DNA of 63,110 nucleotides, filler included, from Cercozoa sp. M6MM (GCA_040357565.1; 9 parts of 9 records of this genome joined end to end with filler, not necessarily neighbours in it), one strand, 5' to 3'. Numbered from the whole stretch's first letter, positions 23,588-37,671 are shown. Notes: generated by a model not told the origin, from the sequence alone. Numbers and translations: made by a program.

Positions 23588-26500
23588 ATGGAAGCCGAAG
23601 CAGACACAGTGATTGTGGTTTCAGGCCAGGGCTGTGAAGACCCTTTAAGTGCCGCAAGAAAAAAGCTGGACGCTTTGGTGAAAGAGCACCTGCACGTTTT
23701 CGAATGCTACGTTGTACGCCGACGCCAAATGTTGCAGCTCATCGATCTCGTGTTTGCGTTGTATTCTTCTGTGGAGGAGGTATCTTGTCGATTAATACCA
23801 AATTGGCCTAAATTAATTCTGACAATGCCTTCGGCACTCCTAGCGAGGACTGACCTCGAACTTCATCTGCCTTGTCCAAGTAAATTTATAGTAATCCTGT
23901 TTCCGCCATTAAACCTTGTATTGCTTTCTTTCTCCATTGACACGGTTGAAATCATAATTTAGGCAAAAGTGCGCGTTCTGGCCACGCGGTCCTCCAACCT
24001 AGCTCGCAATGTGTGACTTTCTTTTGTAAGGAACAACTTAAAGATGAAGGTACAAACGTATGAGTTAACAGGGCGCGGTATTACTGCTCCCTTTGGCGGC
24101 GGCACTTCAAAGTCCTCGCTTTGACGACGCTCTCGTTCTCAGCGTGGTAGCGATATCCAGCTTTCTCATTTGGTTGTGCGGATGTCAACACTATAACTTT
24201 CGGTTTAGACGAGGCACATTGCACATGCGTTAATTGAGGCTGAGCAGGAACGATGTGGCTCCTCAAACCACGTTCCACTGGCTTTGGCGCTACTACGAGA
24301 TACGGTACAACAGCAACAGCTGCCCGGGTTTAGCACTATATGGAAGCGAAATGCGTCTATTTGTAGCCATTACTGCACAATGCAGAGCGAACAAAAAAGT
24401 CGCTCGACGCGCTGCTTCCTCATTGGCACATTGTCGCCAACTGTCGTGGCTGGTCTGATGCCTCGCCTGAAGGTGTGTTTTGGTTTAGATACAAAGTGAA
24501 TACGCGTTGAAACCTCAACCCTCGGTGCAGCCAAACTATTGCTCGTGATGACAACCGAGTTCTGGCAGTCGCGCAAGTGGATCCGCGCGCTCAGCAAGAA
24601 TTCCCTCGCGAGCATCGCTGCTCCGTAATTTAAGCAACTTGTTCTTTCTTTCGTTTGAACTCTTGCGTGCATTTAAAGTGTTTCTCACAGGGTCGAGTGG
24701 CACCTGTTGCCGCTTTTGACGAGGTCGATACGCGAAAACCAAGGACGTATCCTGGGACATCAGTGTCTTGCCATTGGTAATTTAAGTTTACTATTAAATT
24801 TATCAACGGTAAATATTGTGTTTTTCTGGATGATGCATCCGTAGGAGAGTCCATAATGTGCAAAGCTACCACTGTAATAGAAGATAATGACATCAGTTGC
24901 CGACTGCTGCTGACTGCAACCATTGAAGCATTCCTTGGTCGCGACACCATCCCGTAAAAATAACGAAACTGAAACTGCTGCTTTTCACTTTTAAAAAACA
25001 CTCATATTTGATTGCTCCTTGAAGCAGAGTCGAACTGCAGCTATCGCTCCTATCCACTGTTTTCGGTATGCGTCAGAACGATCAATGGGACCTTGAGAGG
25101 TACTGTTGGAAAGAACAAACGAACTGACCGGACACCAGGGGTTTGATAGACTTCACTGCACACTCGAACACATAACAAGGAGTACCGCGGCCGTTTTTTG
25201 GCGTCGTTTTGCAGCACGACACGCATCGAGCTTTGTCGCTCTGGACTGCATACTTCAATCGCTTAGGTGTTTCTTCCTTCCCTCAGTCTGAATTGTGTGC
25301 GGCTTTTCATTGAGAGGGGCATGGCATCATCAGTTCGGCGGAAGAAATCGATGAGTTGCTACTTCAGACGGGAGTGTGGCTGTCACAAGGCCTGCACCTC
25401 AAAAGAAAAACTCCATTGAAGTTGCAGTGCCTCCTTTGGCAGACTTCCGCACATGTATTTGCATTGGTATCACCCATACTCGGGTCATTTTTAATCACTG
25501 CGCTGCATGTGCCAGAATGGCGAATGCATCAATTTTCATGCATCAAAACTAGAGGTAGTTGCAGTTTCTGCTTTGTTGACTGACACATATTCTCAAGGGT
25601 ATTGTCATACAAGTGCGTTCTGGACTATCTTCCGCAAGACTTCGTACAAGCAATCCTGTCGTAAGGGAGAGCTGTTCCTCTGGGTATATCCCGTTTAATT
25701 TACATACGACACAACATGAAAGCAGGGTTCTGACCGGAGATGGTCTAGTTTTAGCTAACGGTGGCCCACTGTGGGATATGTAAAACACTTCTTCCTCCCA
25801 GTGCTGTCGAAGTAACCATCGGTTTTGTTAGCACTGTTGTTCGTCTGATGTTTCGACGCTGCGCGTTTGCCTCGGCCGTGAGTTTCCATGTTGTGGACTT
25901 ATTATTGTCGCTTAATGGCTTGTATTTTGAAGAAAGATGATCGTCTGCTTGGAACAGAGACCGCTCAAAAACTGTTGTGTGAAGGTAACGAGAAGTTGAA
26001 GTTGCCCGATGGAACGTTGGACTGGGGTACTTTTTATACTTCATTTGCGCACACACTGCAGGAAGGATGTCAACTGATGTAAAAAACCTGCTGTGCACCT
26101 ACTGTGGTTGGAGACGCTCTACTCCCGGAGTAACTTGTTTGCTATAAGCTTAGTTGTCTATTCCAAGAGGGAAATTATATCTTCGTACTGATATTTGAAT
26201 AGGAACTGCGCACTCTAGTATATGTGGCGCGCTACTGCGGCCTGGCATGCCACCGCGCACTATTGGATTCACTTGAGGTTGCACTATCCCAGCAGACTGT
26301 AAATTTTACTTCATCTTCTTTGTTCGCCTGTGAAAGCTCACTCTCATTAAATGACTATCGAAACAACAACACACCACGTTAATCTATCAACTGAACAGGA
26401 AGCTCAAGGTCTGCAAGAACTACTCGCCGTGCTGCTTCAGCAGAGAGAGTTGCTCTTTGAACAGATGATGGCAAGAGCCCAACTGCAGGAAATCTGTATT

Positions 26501-26614
26501 GAGCTGCAAGTACCTGCCGATGTTCTGGGTATCGTTCGAGAACTGATACTTCCGGAGAGCTACGCATCCCAAATAGTGGCCAACGTGGGTTATCTTATCC
26601 AGGGCAGAGCCTGA
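23588..26614 (+). CDS. One or more hypothetical multi-exon proteins, unresolved
   Basis: Coding-like segments alternate with AT-rich GT-AG gaps; terminal exon LQELLAVLLQQRELL...VPADVLGIVRELILP ends at TGA 26614; no family recognised. Confidence 0.3.
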
Positions 26615-26740
26615 AACCCAGTTGAACTAAAGAGTTTCCTGAGTCAGTTTCAGTTCACGAATCAATGATTGTCCTTTGACGTAGCACCACTTGGAGAACG
26701 AAAGCACTGTCAGTTTTGTTTTTGTACAACGTTGATAGGC

Positions 26741-29700
26741 TCAATCGACAACGTCGCTTTTCAACTGATCATCCACGGCATTGTCGGTGGTGGCAAGTGC
26801 CACACCGTCATTAAAGTTGAGACGTTGGCTCAACACTTCTGTCAGTTTACAGTACTGTGCCTCACGCACCTCGTCAGTTGCTTCACCTGTATTGAAGTAA
26901 AACTAATATGTTCTCCAGCAAACAGTTGCGCGAAACGTACCTGCAACACTCACACTCGCGTCTTTGCCGCTAGTAAACCTTGTCGCGTCGACAGTGTTCT
27001 CTGCCTGTGTGTCTCGAGTGTCTTCTGTTGTGACTCCTACATTGCTTTCGCCGAGTTCAGCGTTGTCAATTCGCATGCATTGTCGCGCAATAAACGCGTC
27101 GAAGAGTTCACTTTCATTTGGAGTGGCGCGACGCAAGCTGAGGTCCCCAAAGCCAATACCTCTTGAAACAACGCTTGGGTGAAACGCAAAGCAACTGAAC
27201 TTACACGGACGGGAGCCGGAGCAAGTGCACTGTTCCACCGCGATCACCAACAGCAAGCATGTGCGAATGGCGTGAAGCTAGTGCACTGTCTTCGAAACAC
27301 GAGCTGGACACAGCACACGATGCCGACGGAAACGGGTCCAGCAAGGGCTCAAGCGTCGAGGACAGGATATCCCACCTGCAAAAACAACTGACGGTAATAT
27401 AGAACACATAAAACAATGAACAGAATAATCTCTGGCCTCTAGAACAACGTACACGTGGACGGCGCCGTCTTGTAGCACCGCAAAAATCACTCCTTTTCGA
27501 TGCGTACTCCAAAGAGCATCGACCATCTCCGAGCGTGCCGAAGGCGACACAAAGAGCGGCTGCGAATAGTTGCGTTTCCAAACGGCAAAGCATCTCTCAC
27601 CGCAAGTGAGTGCCAAGTCAGCATCGAAAGGCGCCAAGTGCACCTGTCGCACCAAGTTGTCGTGTGCATTGGGCACCCGAAAGCGCACTTTGCTGCCGCC
27701 TTCTTTGCCGAAACAGCCGAAACCAAAACCGTGCGATGTATCAGAGAAGACAAAGCAGTCCTCCAGGTCTGGTTCATCCACGCCGAGGTCTTCACTTTTG
27801 ACCCACTGACGCAAAAGCTGTGCCGCAGGCGACTCGAGAGTTCTCGCCTCAACTGCCTGCAGATAGGAGGTTCCGTCGTTGGCCCGAATTGTCTCGTTGA
27901 TTGGCAAGGCACAGAGCGGTTGCCATGGGGCGAGTCCACTTGTGGTGCCGCGTCGCTTGGATCTTCCGAAAGTTGTTCGCACATCCCACACAAGAGGCAC
28001 TCCGTCGCCAGCTACTGACACCAGCTGCAGAGGGCGCAGGTCCGCATTCGGCACTTGGGTGCTATCAAGCTCGTTTTCCGGCTGCTCGTTGAGCGGCAGG
28101 CGCTTTCCGCGTTTATCATACAGGGATTGGGAGGGAAGCCACGACAGCGATGTTACAGCTTGAAGGTGCGACCGCTCCATTGAGCTGAGGAATCGAGGTT
28201 CGATTGTGACGACATTGTTTCCGTCCTCACTGGGCATACCCAGTTCAGCGAGACTTGCTTTAGACTGTAGCAGCATCTTCATTGCATCACTCGTAAGACC
28301 ATCGCGCGAGTCGTGCTTGGTCTGGCGGTTATCAGCTTTGCTCGCGAACTGTGTACTCTCACCGACCTATTGTAAAACATGACGCTACTTCTCCTTCGTC
28401 GTGACAGATCATTTTTCAGTATTGGCACAGTATCAAACTAAATTTACCTCTTTGCGGTCCGCTGTTTCGTGTCGAACGTCCCACATGGCAAGCTGTCCAT
28501 TCTCCAGGCCAGCAACGATGAGAAGTGGCTCTGTGGGGTGGAACTTGAACGAAATCACGTCGCATGGAGCGATAAGTACGTATCGCGGTTTAAGCAAGTC
28601 GTCGAGAGTGTCCCAGACAAGAATGGCCATTGTGCGCGAGTCTCCACTTGAACGCGTTCGGGCCTCAAAGTCGACATTGAGGCCACACGACACCGCAACA
28701 ACGCCGCGTTCGGTCGGATGCCACTGTATAGAAGTAATGTACTTGTATCTGCTGTGTGTGAGGTCGACGAAGGAAAATGCCTCCCGTAGAGCAGGAACTT
28801 CGTGAAATCTGTCTTCATGTACGCTCACCGGGAGCAAGGAGGCGAGCGGATCAGCGAACATGCGCATCTCCACCTGAGTCGACTTTTGTTCGTACTCGAA
28901 CATTGCGCAGGCTCGCATCGCAAAGTCTTTCATTTCTCGAGAAGCGAAAGCAGCCTCAGATTCCTTGTCTGTCAGGCGCCGAGCTCGATACTGCATCGCC
29001 GCATTCAGTCGCGCCACTGACGGAGTTTGGACATGCACTTCCTGAGAGTTGCTGGCGCACTGAACTGCCGCGTCTCGAATTCGCCACTTTGCCAGCGCAA
29101 GCGCAGAACAAGCGCCTCCTTTGAGCTGTGCTTTTTTGTGACTCTGTGAAGTTTCAGTCACTTCCTTCTCGTCGACACAAGGCACAAACTTTGACTCGAA
29201 TGAAGAATCGCAAGTTGACGAATCAACGAACTCGGGGGCTCTCTTCGAAATATCGCAGTCCACCCACTGAATTTCCACGCGCAAAGGTTCTCGCTGTAGC
29301 TTCTCTTGCTCGGATTCAATTTCGTCGATGGAGTTTCCTTGTGGTTGCCATTTGTTCGGATCTGTGCTTGGTTCCTTGACTTCAAAGTCATCAAACGCGC
29401 CCAAATTGTACTGTTCCAGGAGCGCACTAAACTTCAGCTGGAACTGCTCCTCGGGGGATAACTGCAAGATCGCTGATTCGTTGAATCTGCCTTCGGCATC
29501 TTCCTTCTTCTGCTTTGCCAATTGGTCTTGCTCCTCTTTTTCGAGTCGAACGAGTTCAGACTCAAACAACTCGGGTGTCGACACCCAGTAGAAGTTTTGC
29601 TCGTAGACAGACTCAGGGTCGAAGACGAAAAGCACATTCTCTCCGGCGTACTTGGCAAACTTGGTTCGCTGCGGATGAAAGTCGCTCACAAAACCGATCT

Positions 29701-29851
29701 CCTGGACCTCGTCAAGGATGGCTTGCTTTGGGATTATTTTGAATGCAACGACGTCATAGATTTCGTCTCCCGTCTTCATATCATGCCGCAGCAGACCCTT
29801 CTCGGTGAGAAAGATAGGTTCTACACCGGTGGGTACCTTGACCACCGACAT
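26741..29851 (-). CDS. DNAI3: Axonemal inner-arm dynein intermediate chain IC140/WDR63, about 5 exons
   Basis: N-terminus GVEPIFLT...VSDFHP...YAGENVLFVFD...NFY; WD40 blocks FSFVDLTHSRYKYITSIQWHP, FKFHPTEPLLIVAGLENGQLAMWD, SHLQAVTSLSW and LAVGDRGGTVHLL. Confidence 0.9.
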
Positions 29852-30934
29852 CAAATCTCAGACGTTCGTTGATCAAGCCCACACAACACACAACACCCAG
29901 CTTCGACGCGACTTCTTTCGCCTCCAAGGCACAGAATAGAGCTACTTGCACAAAACTCTCACCTGGTCGATCTGCAAAGCTTCTCTGACAGAAGGGCACG
30001 GAATTAATTTTACTTTTTCTCTGCAAGAAATACCACAAAATCGGCCGGGTTCCGGTTCAACTACAGTATATTTAAAGCCTCCAGTTCAACTAATGAATTT
30101 GGGACACGGACAGACTTGATTTAGTTTGTCGACGATCTTTAACGTGATGATTGAAAACTTAAATCGGTGGCTGTTGGTGTGACTCTTACTCGCGTTCACG
30201 TTCTACTGGCTGTCGGTTGGTATGATACGTTCTGTTGACTCAGTTCTGTTCAGTTCATATCGACGCCTGGCTCGTGTAATTTTCGACTTGCGTTAAAACA
30301 CTGGAACGAAAGTGTAGGGAGGCAGAGAAAGCGGAAGGCGCCGAGAGACACAACTTAAACCTACAATTAAATTTAGTGCGCCACAGAATTTTCACGAGAA
30401 ATGCCGCTGTCCTCAGAGGAGGCTCGTTTAAGTCTTTTAATGATCCTCGCGATGGTTTGGAAGGCAATTCCTCTCCTTCGCAAGGCGTCTGCTTCGGTTT
30501 CTTGAAAAAATTCTGTAATCAGTTCGTGCAGATGCAGGTCTTGCCACATGATGCTGTGTAAAAGCTACCAATTCCGCACACAGGACAAGCTCCTCTGTCG
30601 CGAAGCCACACTGCCCAACTAAATCAAATTCCAAAAATGCTGAACAGGGAGAACCCAAGCAGAACCGACTGGCGATACAATATACCATTGTGCGCAACAA
30701 ACGTGTGCGCAGGGCGAGATGTAGGGATCCTTTGGCGCCGCCTCGCAAATCTGGTGAACATCACTACCAAAGTGCACTGTTCACGAAAGCAACGGTCAAC
30801 ACTTACTGGACAGGCAGTTCCACGATGCAACTGGGCATTCAATGTGTTCATATTGTCAGCGGGCAATAACCTTCCCAACAACGGAACTGTGCAACAGAAT
30901 ATCGTGTTTAAAACACCGTGACGTCAAAACTGTT

Positions 30935-33110
30935 TCATATAAATCGCTTACGCTCAGTTCCACTGCCTCCGTCGTTTACAGGACTATCTTCTGGTAGTTT
31001 TGAGTTTCGAACAAACCACAGCATTTCGCCGTGATGCCCTTCTGCAAGGGCAACAGCGACACCAGATATCGGCATTGGGCTTTCTCCAACACCTTGCCTC
31101 CTCGTATTGGCAGGGATGTCGACTCTGTGCTCGTGAGACTTGGCTTCTTCGTCAGCATGTTCTGTATGCGCAGTATATATACATTGATCCCCATTGAAGT
31201 CAAAAAGGCCCTTTGTTTGCGAAAGATTGGGCCGACGTCTTGGAGCCGACACTAGCGCTTGTAGTGGCACCCCAAACGCTGCAGTACGTCGCCGGGCGTC
31301 CTTTGTAGGCAGAGCTACGTATCTATTTTCAGCGCGAATGTAGTGGAGGGCGTTCTCGCCTAGTTGCGAAACCGCTAGCCAGTCGGCTGCGTGCGTGCGC
31401 TTATTGCGTGACATCACGGCATCTACGTCATCGCTGTCATTGAGGCCTTCTGAAAACCACAAGGCTGAAAATATCCGTCGGTTGAAGGAAAACGAAAGCA
31501 TGGCTAATCGATAAATGCACCTGTGTGTAAAAACGAAGTTCCACGCTGCCTACTTGCCGCATGACCCATAAAAACGCAGTCTCGGCGTGGGTTCCCTTCG
31601 TGCCTAGTGTGCTTCAGGACGTGGCTCCCGCGTCCAAGGAGTAATTATTCAATATTTTTTGCACCTTCTGACATCCACGCGGACTCGGCGTAACCGTATC
31701 GTGCCGTGTCCGTCAGAACCGATGCGAACTGGGAAGTGAACCCGATCTGGTGAAAGGACGCGACGGTAGGATCGACACATCTGACGATACCGTCGCGTAA
31801 TATTTAAGCCGAGCTACATTAAAACGTAAAGTCCCGCGCTGTGCCCAATCCAATAGCAGCGCAGTCGTTAAGTAAGTTCGGTTCGCGTTGGCGTCGGTTG
31901 CAATCAATTGCAAGCATGCCGCGCCGTGCCCAACTTAAAATGGGTGTTAATAATGTTATGTTGCAGCGCAGGCGGGCAGGCACCAGACTGCACCCACGTC
32001 TCGATACATCAATACGATACCCGTCGCGTACGCTCGACTACTGGGGTGACACAGAGAACGCACATCGGCGTGTTCGCGACGGCGCTTGATTGCGCTTGGA
32101 AGCGGCTTTCTACGCCACATAAAATCAACAACGCAAACACGCAAGAACACAATGACACTTGGACATGGCGCCACAAAAGTCAGACATGGAAAACTGTAAC
32201 ACACCACTGCAAACTGGTCCAGATCGCCGATGTACTCCAGCTTGACAGTGATTTCACGAAGTGCATCAAGCACAGTTTTGTATTCATCGGCAACGTCTAT
32301 GGACTGCTTCTGTTCCCGACCACTGCCGCTCTCGCAGCAGCAGCAGCAGCAGCAGCTGAGAGTATCTGTGACGCCCAAGCGCAGCTTACTTGTGTCCAGA
32401 ATCAAGAAGTTACGCTGACCTTCGTCACTTTCATATGCAAGTGCCTGTACCAAGACAGGAGTAACTTAATAACAGGGTTAGAAAGATATTACCCACTCGT
32501 CCTTTGACATGCGCAGCGACAGGAACGGAAGCATCGCATTGGCTGGTGTGATGTCGTAAGTGTGCATGGTAGTGTCGGACTGCGTTCGCTGAAAGCCTGC
32601 GCGGGGCCTCAACTTGGGCAGCACGCGCAACCTGCATGTGTTACAGAAGCATCCTCCAGGAGGAAAGTGTGCAAATGTGTCCTACATGCGTGAGCTGATG
32701 TCGCTGACAAGATCCGATGCAATGCGTGCGGCGTGCTGCTCGATACTTGCAGGGTTCTCTAGCGTCGATGCCTGTTGCACGCACCAAGCCGCGTACAATC
32801 GTTCAGTCGCTCCAAACCCTATAGGTGTGACCAAATACACACCAAGCAACAGACACGCTTAAGTACAGACGAAGGTACAGTCACGAAACTTATCGTTCGA
32901 CATTGCCATCCAGTGAGGCTTGCGGGCCAAAGCGCGCACAACGTAAGCATCTGTCAACAGAATGTGTTCAGCATAGATTTAAAAAAGGACAACACCAAGA
33001 AAAAACTCCACCATCAACGCGACGATCTTCGGGCGGCAAAATAAAAAAGTTCGGATGCTCCTCGAGAGCATCAACCGACTTGATCGCATCCGCCTCGCTC
33101 ACCCCTAACA

Positions 33111-33188
<78 letters not shown>

Positions 33189-33400
33189 CACACACACACA
33201 CATCACACACACACACATACACACACACACACATGCACACAAACACCATTAATGCAAATGTATATACCGAGGTAAGGCGCAAGGTCAAGAGCGCTGCTCT
33301 TAATCCACTTGTAGGTACCCAAAGTCAAGACAACAAGAGGAACGGTGCCCGCCTGGAGAACAGCAAATTTTATAGCAGGCAGACAAATTGACAGGAGCAA
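30935..33400 (-). CDS. Hypothetical multi-exon protein
   Basis: Long terminal exon (30935-31460) plus upstream coding-like exons with GT-AG introns; no family recognised. Confidence 0.45.
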
Positions 33401-33499
33401 GCACCTTTCGCAACGCAAGGAGGACTGACGTCAGCAGGTACAGGTTCGGGATTGGCCAGTTTCCGCCGTGCGCGACGTTAGCACCATCAATTAAAACGA

Positions 33500-35672
33500 T
33501 GGGTTTGCCGTTCGCCTTTTTCTCTGATTGGTCGCACCTGCATACTCAAATTCGGGATTAATTGTAAGCGAATACAGCAACAGAGCAGAAAGGAAACTAC
33601 CAGTCGTCAAACTCCTCGCGCATGATGAGCATGTGCGTGAGAGAAACCGAGACATTACGTGCACTCTTGGTTCGGTCGGTGAGATGACTCAGCACCGCTT
33701 GGCGTTGTTGTGTCTTTAATTTGCCTTCTGGGACGACGCACGACGAAATACCGAGTCGACGCAGCCGTTCGCGCAGAACTTTCGTGTCCAAGGCTTTCTC
33801 GTTTCTGCACATAGAAACACAGATACATCGTAGCGCTACATAAGTTGAGACACGCACACGTGGAATAGAAGTGTCACCTGATCTCACCATCCCGCACCAC
33901 ACTCAGTCGGTGCACCAGTGTGTTCAACAGCAACTCTGCCGTGTCACGCCAGTTATGCGGTCGCTCCTTCTCCTGATGCAGAAATAGCATACCATTGTGT
34001 CATTATATCTACATACAGAGTCAAAGTCCACATGTACCGGAGTGCCGAGCACCATTTCAAGCGCATCGAGAATCTGTGTGCCAGTTCCGAGCATCAGTGC
34101 GAGGTCGCTGTGACATGCATCACCCGCGAATGCCAGAGCACAAAAAAGTCCAACTCCTTGCAGCAAAGCTTACCCGTAGTTGTAGGGCGCTGACGGATCA
34201 AAATCCTATCACAAGGCACGCACACTTGCGTATCTCACGGTGCAAGAGCTAGGAGAGAGGACACTGGCGATACCTCGTCAGTGCCAAAGGCATGCTGATA
34301 CGCCATTCGTCGCAGAGCATCCACGTCGCCACGCGCCAGCAACGGCCGCAAAAACACGTGCAATACGCGCGGCGGCAGCACCAGTGCTGTGCCGTGTCGC
34401 TTCCTCTGTGACATGTGCAAACAGAGGCTACATATGGCACACGGAAATCTCTGTCTGTTATACACAAACACACCAGGTGCATCGAGAAATCAATTAGGCC
34501 AGATTGCAGTGCCATCGCGGCGTTTCGCACGCCTTCCTGCTGCCTGGTTCGTTCAATTTCTTTCTCGCGCTGCGCACAATCATGCACCATACAAACACAC
34601 AACACAACATACACACACGCGCGCTCACACTCAATACAGCGCATGCTTCGGTGAGAATACCTCCTGCTTAATCTGCTTCTTCATGCTGTTCTGAAACTCG
34701 TTGAAAGCCAGTGCATTGTGCTGCCGAACGAGTGTCGAAAGATCGGTGAACAGCTGCACTTGGTCCGTCGGAGTCCAGCCAGACTGCAAGAACACACGCA
34801 AACAGCTCTCGATGTGGATGCACTAGTTTGGTCACAGCCCACAGTGCACACCTTGTCCAGTTGTTCAAGCACACGGAGGAAGAAACCGAAAGAGGTGCGA
34901 CTTTGATTCGCTTGAATGCCCTGCGTTGAAATGCGTATACGCGCACATGACAGGGAAAGGGAAGGGACGAAGCACACCCTGCGCAAGATTACATCGGCGA
35001 GCGTGAGCAAACAACGACGCTTGCGCTCGCCTTCGGGCGGCTGATCTCCAAAGTACAGCTTCTGCAAAACCGTTAGAACCGTCAAAGACGAGGAACAAAA
35101 AGCAAAACGTTCTCAGATGGTGTGCACCGAAAAGAATCCAGGTTCTTGCGCGAGTTTGCCCAGATCCTTGTGGTCCAACTTTGCGAGCTCAGCGTCAAAC
35201 GGTTCTACCTGTCGGTGCAGCACTGTCGGATGGGTCTTGAACTACACAACACGCAAAGGTGATTTATCGCAAACAAACACAAGGGCCGAGGTACCGCGGA
35301 ACGGCCGTCTTCCAGTGACGCAACGAGCGCATTGCAGTTCTGTTGGAACTTCTGCTGCCTTCTTCGAGCCTGTAAAGGCACACGCACATACAGATAAAGT
35401 GTAGAATTGGACAAAGAAGTGGTGGTACAGAAGCAGACTTGCTGACAATGCACTCCGTGTCAAGGACGGTGGTCGCCAGTTGCACAAATTCTAGGTCCAG
35501 ATAGTCGCGAATGCCACTAAACAGAGGAGCGTCCAGAGGCGTCTGAAAGAACGGCCCAGCGTGCACTGCACCCTAAGGAATCACAATCACAGGTAACTAC
35601 ACCGGGCAGCGGAGAACATGTCTCTACCCCAGATGCGCAGCGCCGCTGTCGCCATACACGTCGAAATGCGCA
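33500..35672 (-). CDS. Hypothetical multi-exon helical protein
   Basis: Exons such as KLYFGDQPPEGERKRRCLLTLADVILRR and VFLRPLLARGDVDALRRMAYQHAFG with short introns; ends approximate. Confidence 0.5.
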
Positions 35673-35873
35673 TATCATCGCTGTAAACCGTAAACTCAAG
35701 GATTAATGCGCACCATACAATGCACTAAAACCGATCAAGGCACTGTGGCGGGGGCGCCTTGGACTACTGTACTACTTCTTGGGCTCACCTTTTTTGGATT
35801 TTCTGAGCCCGTGAAATCGATGTGGCACCCTTTCTGGTTTTCTTCTTGTCTGCTGCGTAAGCACGAGCGAGAC

Positions 35874-36787
35874 ATGGCGGATTTTCTCGGCGACCAGCCA
35901 TGGTATGAGCAGCAGCGCCTGTTAGTACAGAAGCTGCGCGAGGGCGAGGTAGTTTTCTTCACACCAAGCCCCATTCACCAAAGTGCTGTCGTGGCCAGGA
36001 TGCTCTGTCGGAGGAGCGGGCAGAGTGTGTGGCAGCATGTTGGGCGAACTACTGGTTTTTGGGAGCACGCTATCCGGCCGATTTGCAGCGGCAGGTGGAA
36101 GCGCTGCCCCGTCCCTCCGACGATGTGATGCAGGTTCAACAGGTGCAACGCCCGTCGGAACGGCAGCTGTACTTCTTTTCTGGCCTGTTGTGCGAAACGA
36201 ACGAGAGCTCGTTTCACATCGGTGTATGTGTGTCTGTGCATGCGTTGTGTGCAGGCAGCAGTCGTTGCAGGAGGCGGGCGAAGACACCACAGGGTATCTG
36301 CAAAGGACATACGGACCCGAGTCCGAGTACGTGCGCTCACTTGACGAAACCAAGCAACGGGTAGGTTTTGTCGTGTTCTTCTTTGATGTCGAGTATCATT
36401 ACAAGATTTGTAACTTCTTTTGCCTGTGTGTAGCAGCAACAGAGGGACCACCGCGCGTACCAAGCACGGTCACAGTATGGGCAGTATCCCCCGCAGCAAC
36501 AAGGACAGTATCAACGTCACCCGCCTCAAGGCTACCAGCAGCAAGGCTACCCACTGCAAGGCTATCCGCCGCAAAGCTACCCACCGCAAAGCTGCCCACC
36601 GCAAGGCTACCAGCAGCGACAACAACAGCCACCGATGTATCAGCTGCAACAGCAGCAGCAAGCATCGGGCTATCAGCCACAGCACCCGCACTACCAACAG
36701 CAACAACCTCAACAGCGTGGCTATCAAGGACATAGCGGACATTACGCACAGCACTACGGCGATCGGAGGCAGCAGCGACCATATTGA
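35874..36787 (+). CDS. XRN2-binding domain (XTBD)-like protein with a Q/Y/P/G-rich low-complexity C-terminus, 4 exons
   Basis: Spliced N-terminus MADFLGDQPWYEQQRLLVQKL...ERAECVAACWANYWFLGARYPADLQRQVEAL resembles the XTBD core (WANHxFLGCxY). The last exon has QGYPPQ-type repeats and ends at TGA 36785-36787. Confidence 0.65.
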
Positions 36788-37248
36788 GTGTTTGCCTTGC
36801 TCGGTCAGTGTGGTAGCCTGAGTAGTACTTGCTCATTTTTCTAGCAGCACAAATGCATCATTATCTTTGCTTCAGTATACAGTAAACACGCTCGGTAAGC
36901 AAAGCGGCCCGCAACAACTGAAATACGCTAAGACAGCGAAGCGACGCCGCGGTCCTGGACTAGCATTGAAGTTACTAATCCGCACGCGCGTTGACCGAGT
37001 CGGTGTAATCAGTCCATAGGGTCAACAATCCTCCGCACGCGAATCTACCGCGCTTCATGAGCGAGCGCCGGCGTAGCAGCAGGCAAAAGCAGATCAAACG
37101 AGGCGCATGACGAGTCGGCGCAGGACCACGGGCTCAGACACTTCAACGCAGCGCACCGCCACAAAGGCAGAGAAGGAAGACCGTCGACACACCCAAGGAC
37201 GCGAACAGCAGTTTACTACTTGTCACCCAACGCGACGACGACAGCAAC

Positions 37249-37671
37249 TTACGAGAAGTTGACGGCGACCTTGACGGATGGCGGGATCGTCACCTTCGTG
37301 ATCTGCTGCAGGAGCGAGCGCTCGCAGAACAGGTCGATGATACGCTTGTGGATGCGCATCTCAAAGCGGTCCCACGTCTCCGTACCGTTGCCGGACGGGG
37401 CCTTGCGCGTCGTGATGCAGAGTGTCTTCGTCGGCAGACGCACCGGGCCCTTGAACTCAACGTCATGGGCCTTACACTTCGACACAAGGTCGCGCGACAC
37501 TGCAGTAACATACACACGCAAAAATAAGGTCTAATACACAAAAAACAAGACGAAAGACAAATTACGGGCCTCGATCTCCTTGAGCTTGCGGCTCGTCAGG
37601 ATGACGCGGCACGGCTGGATGGCGGCAGCCGACTCGGTGGTCTTCTTCGAGATGGGGGCAACAGCCGACAT
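37249..37671 (-). CDS. RPS20: 40S ribosomal protein S20 (uS10), 2 coding exons
   Basis: RVILTSR, KGPVRLPTKTLCITTRKAPSGNGTETWDRFEMRIHKRIIDL. Confidence 0.97.

Noticed and set aside
35440-35570. Bromodomain-like 'GPFFQTPLD...DY'
   Set aside because: The downstream PMDL motif and conserved Asn helix are missing.
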